Part shown: positions 34,018 through 34,897 of the stretch, one piece after another | How positions within the stretch are numbered: the first letter of the stretch is position 1 | How the letters are laid out: each line of letters begins with the position of its first letter | Origin: Candidatus Woesearchaeota archaeon | GTDB taxonomy: Archaea; Nanobdellota; Nanobdellia; SCGC-AAA011-G17; JACPIM01 | Direction of reading: 5' to 3' | Assembly (NCBI GenBank): GCA_964513145.1 | Contig: CAZELK010000009.1 | Location: forward strand, 1 to 34,897 | Length of the DNA stretch: 34,897 nucleotides | Program-made: the position numbers and the translations under genes | Notes under the pieces: generated by a model | Seen by the model: only the letters and a program-made list of their open reading frames with translations | What the model was told of the DNA's origin: nothing | Database searches by the model: none

Positions 34018-34515
34018 TTAAGATTTGCTTAATTCAACATAACTGCCTTTATTTTCTAAGTTTAATTTTATATTTCCGTTATTAATAACACATAAGGGAT
34101 TTTCATCAACAGCAATTTTATCAATTTTAAAGAAACTTTTCGAGCAATAATTAAGAGGTATTAAAAAAATATTATAATCCGAATCTTTCATAACATCATA
34201 AAGCCCATTTTCGATTTGATCAAGTTTAAATTTATCCAATTCTTCATCAAAATTCTTAAAGCAGACATATTTTATATTTGTAGGTAAATTTAAATTAATT
34301 TCAGTACTGCTTCCAGCATCAAAATTATAATATCTGTTAACCTGGTTTCTTAAATCATTGACAAAAATTCCTGCTTGTGCGCAATTGCTTTGTTTTATTA
34401 AGTTATTAATTAAGTAAAAGCCAAAAATAAAGACAAAAGCCGACACAATCGTGATAAAAATAAATATAAATGGCCTGTCTAATTGTCCTCTTTTACAAAA
34501 ATCTCTTTTTTTCAT
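34018..34515 (-). CDS. Type IV pilin-like protein (class III signal peptide)
   Basis: KRG|QLDRPFIFIFITIVSAFVFIFGF; LPTNIKYVCF and NPLC motifs. Confidence 0.7.
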   Translation of the reverse strand: MKKRDFCKRGQLDRPFIFIFITIVSAFVFIFGFYLINNLIKQSNCAQAGIFVNDLRNQVNRYYNFDAGSSTEINLNLPTNIKYVCFKNFDEELDKFKLDQIENGLYDVMKDSDYNIFLIPLNYCSKSFFKIDKIAVDENPLCVINNGNIKLNLENKGSYVELSKS

Positions 34516-34561
34516 ATAATTATAAATTATTTTTTATTAAATTTGGAAAATTAAATAATTC

Positions 34562-34828
34562 CTATCTAAGTTTACGTTCTCTTTTAACCTCTTCCCAAGC
34601 TTCAATAGCATTAATAGTTGGGCTTCTCATTATTACTTCTAACATTAAGTCCTCTGGAGTCTTAATAACATATATTTGCTTAGATAAAACAATATCTCCT
34701 CCCGGCATGTGCTGCACTATAAAAATATCATTTTCTTTTAGGTTATCTTCATCTCTTATATTTTTAGGAATAGTTATTTGTCCTTTCTTTCCCAATTTTA
34801 CTTTCTCTTTGAAAGTTTCATGTATCAT
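34562..34828 (-). CDS. AbrB/MazE/SpoVT-family DNA-binding protein
   Basis: VKLGKKGQITIPKNIRDEDNL; GGAGGA RBS upstream. Confidence 0.85.
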   Translation of the reverse strand: MIHETFKEKVKLGKKGQITIPKNIRDEDNLKENDIFIVQHMPGGDIVLSKQIYVIKTPEDLMLEVIMRSPTINAIEAWEEVKRERKLR

Positions 34829-34896
34829 ATGACATCCTCCATGCCATGAATGGCGTGGTTTCCAGCAGAGGTCAAATATGTCTGACTTGCATATAG
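34825..34896 (-). CDS. C-terminal end of an upstream gene cut by the window edge
   Basis: Open frame LYASQTYLTSAGNHAIHGMEDVI* ending in an ATGA overlap with the AbrB start. Confidence 0.45.
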   Translation of the reverse strand, partial: LYASQTYLTSAGNHAIHGMEDVI

Positions 34897-34897
34897 T

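Noticed and set aside
2077-34832. Many antisense or overlapping ORFs in the track (e.g. 2077-2277, 5681-6031, 6446-6934, 8993-9265, 11511-11819, 16574-16960, 20780-21103, 28992-29591, 34470-34832)
   Set aside because: They are shadows of longer, motif-bearing genes on the opposite strand and have no independent motifs or RBS.
34832-34897. GC-richer hairpins at the window end as a tRNA or 5S rRNA fragment
   Set aside because: No T-loop or consistent cloverleaf. An open protein-like frame with an ATGA overlap explains the segment.

Overview
AT-rich archaeal chromosome segment, most consistent with a DPANN lineage such as Woesearchaeota. Evidence: archaeal GluRS, Methanococcus-type S-layer protein, TATA boxes, GAGGTG/GGTGA ribosome-binding sites, bulge-helix-bulge (BHB) tRNA introns and KKG-type class III signal peptides. 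Housekeeping genes (gltX, purB, lspA, an endonuclease III-like glycosylase, an RsmF-C-like protein, DedA) alternate with surface-protein genes and small accessory cassettes. The surface genes are the S-layer, four pilin-like proteins, a transglutaminase-like protein, a TSP1-like/CARDB protein and an Ig-like glycoprotein. The accessory cassettes are three COG1373 AAA+ ATPases, several toxin-antitoxin (TA) modules and a three-gene operon with a caspase-fold protease. The main hidden feature, absent from the ORF track, is a tRNA-Ser(UGA) at 27358-27581 (minus strand) split by three BHB introns. All three introns are copies of one palindromic mini-element that also fills intergenic spaces directly after stop codons. 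The tRNA 3' end is duplicated 813 bp away and brackets one of two tandem tail-to-tail YoeB/YefM-like TA modules. All family assignments come from motifs read by eye; no database searches were run.
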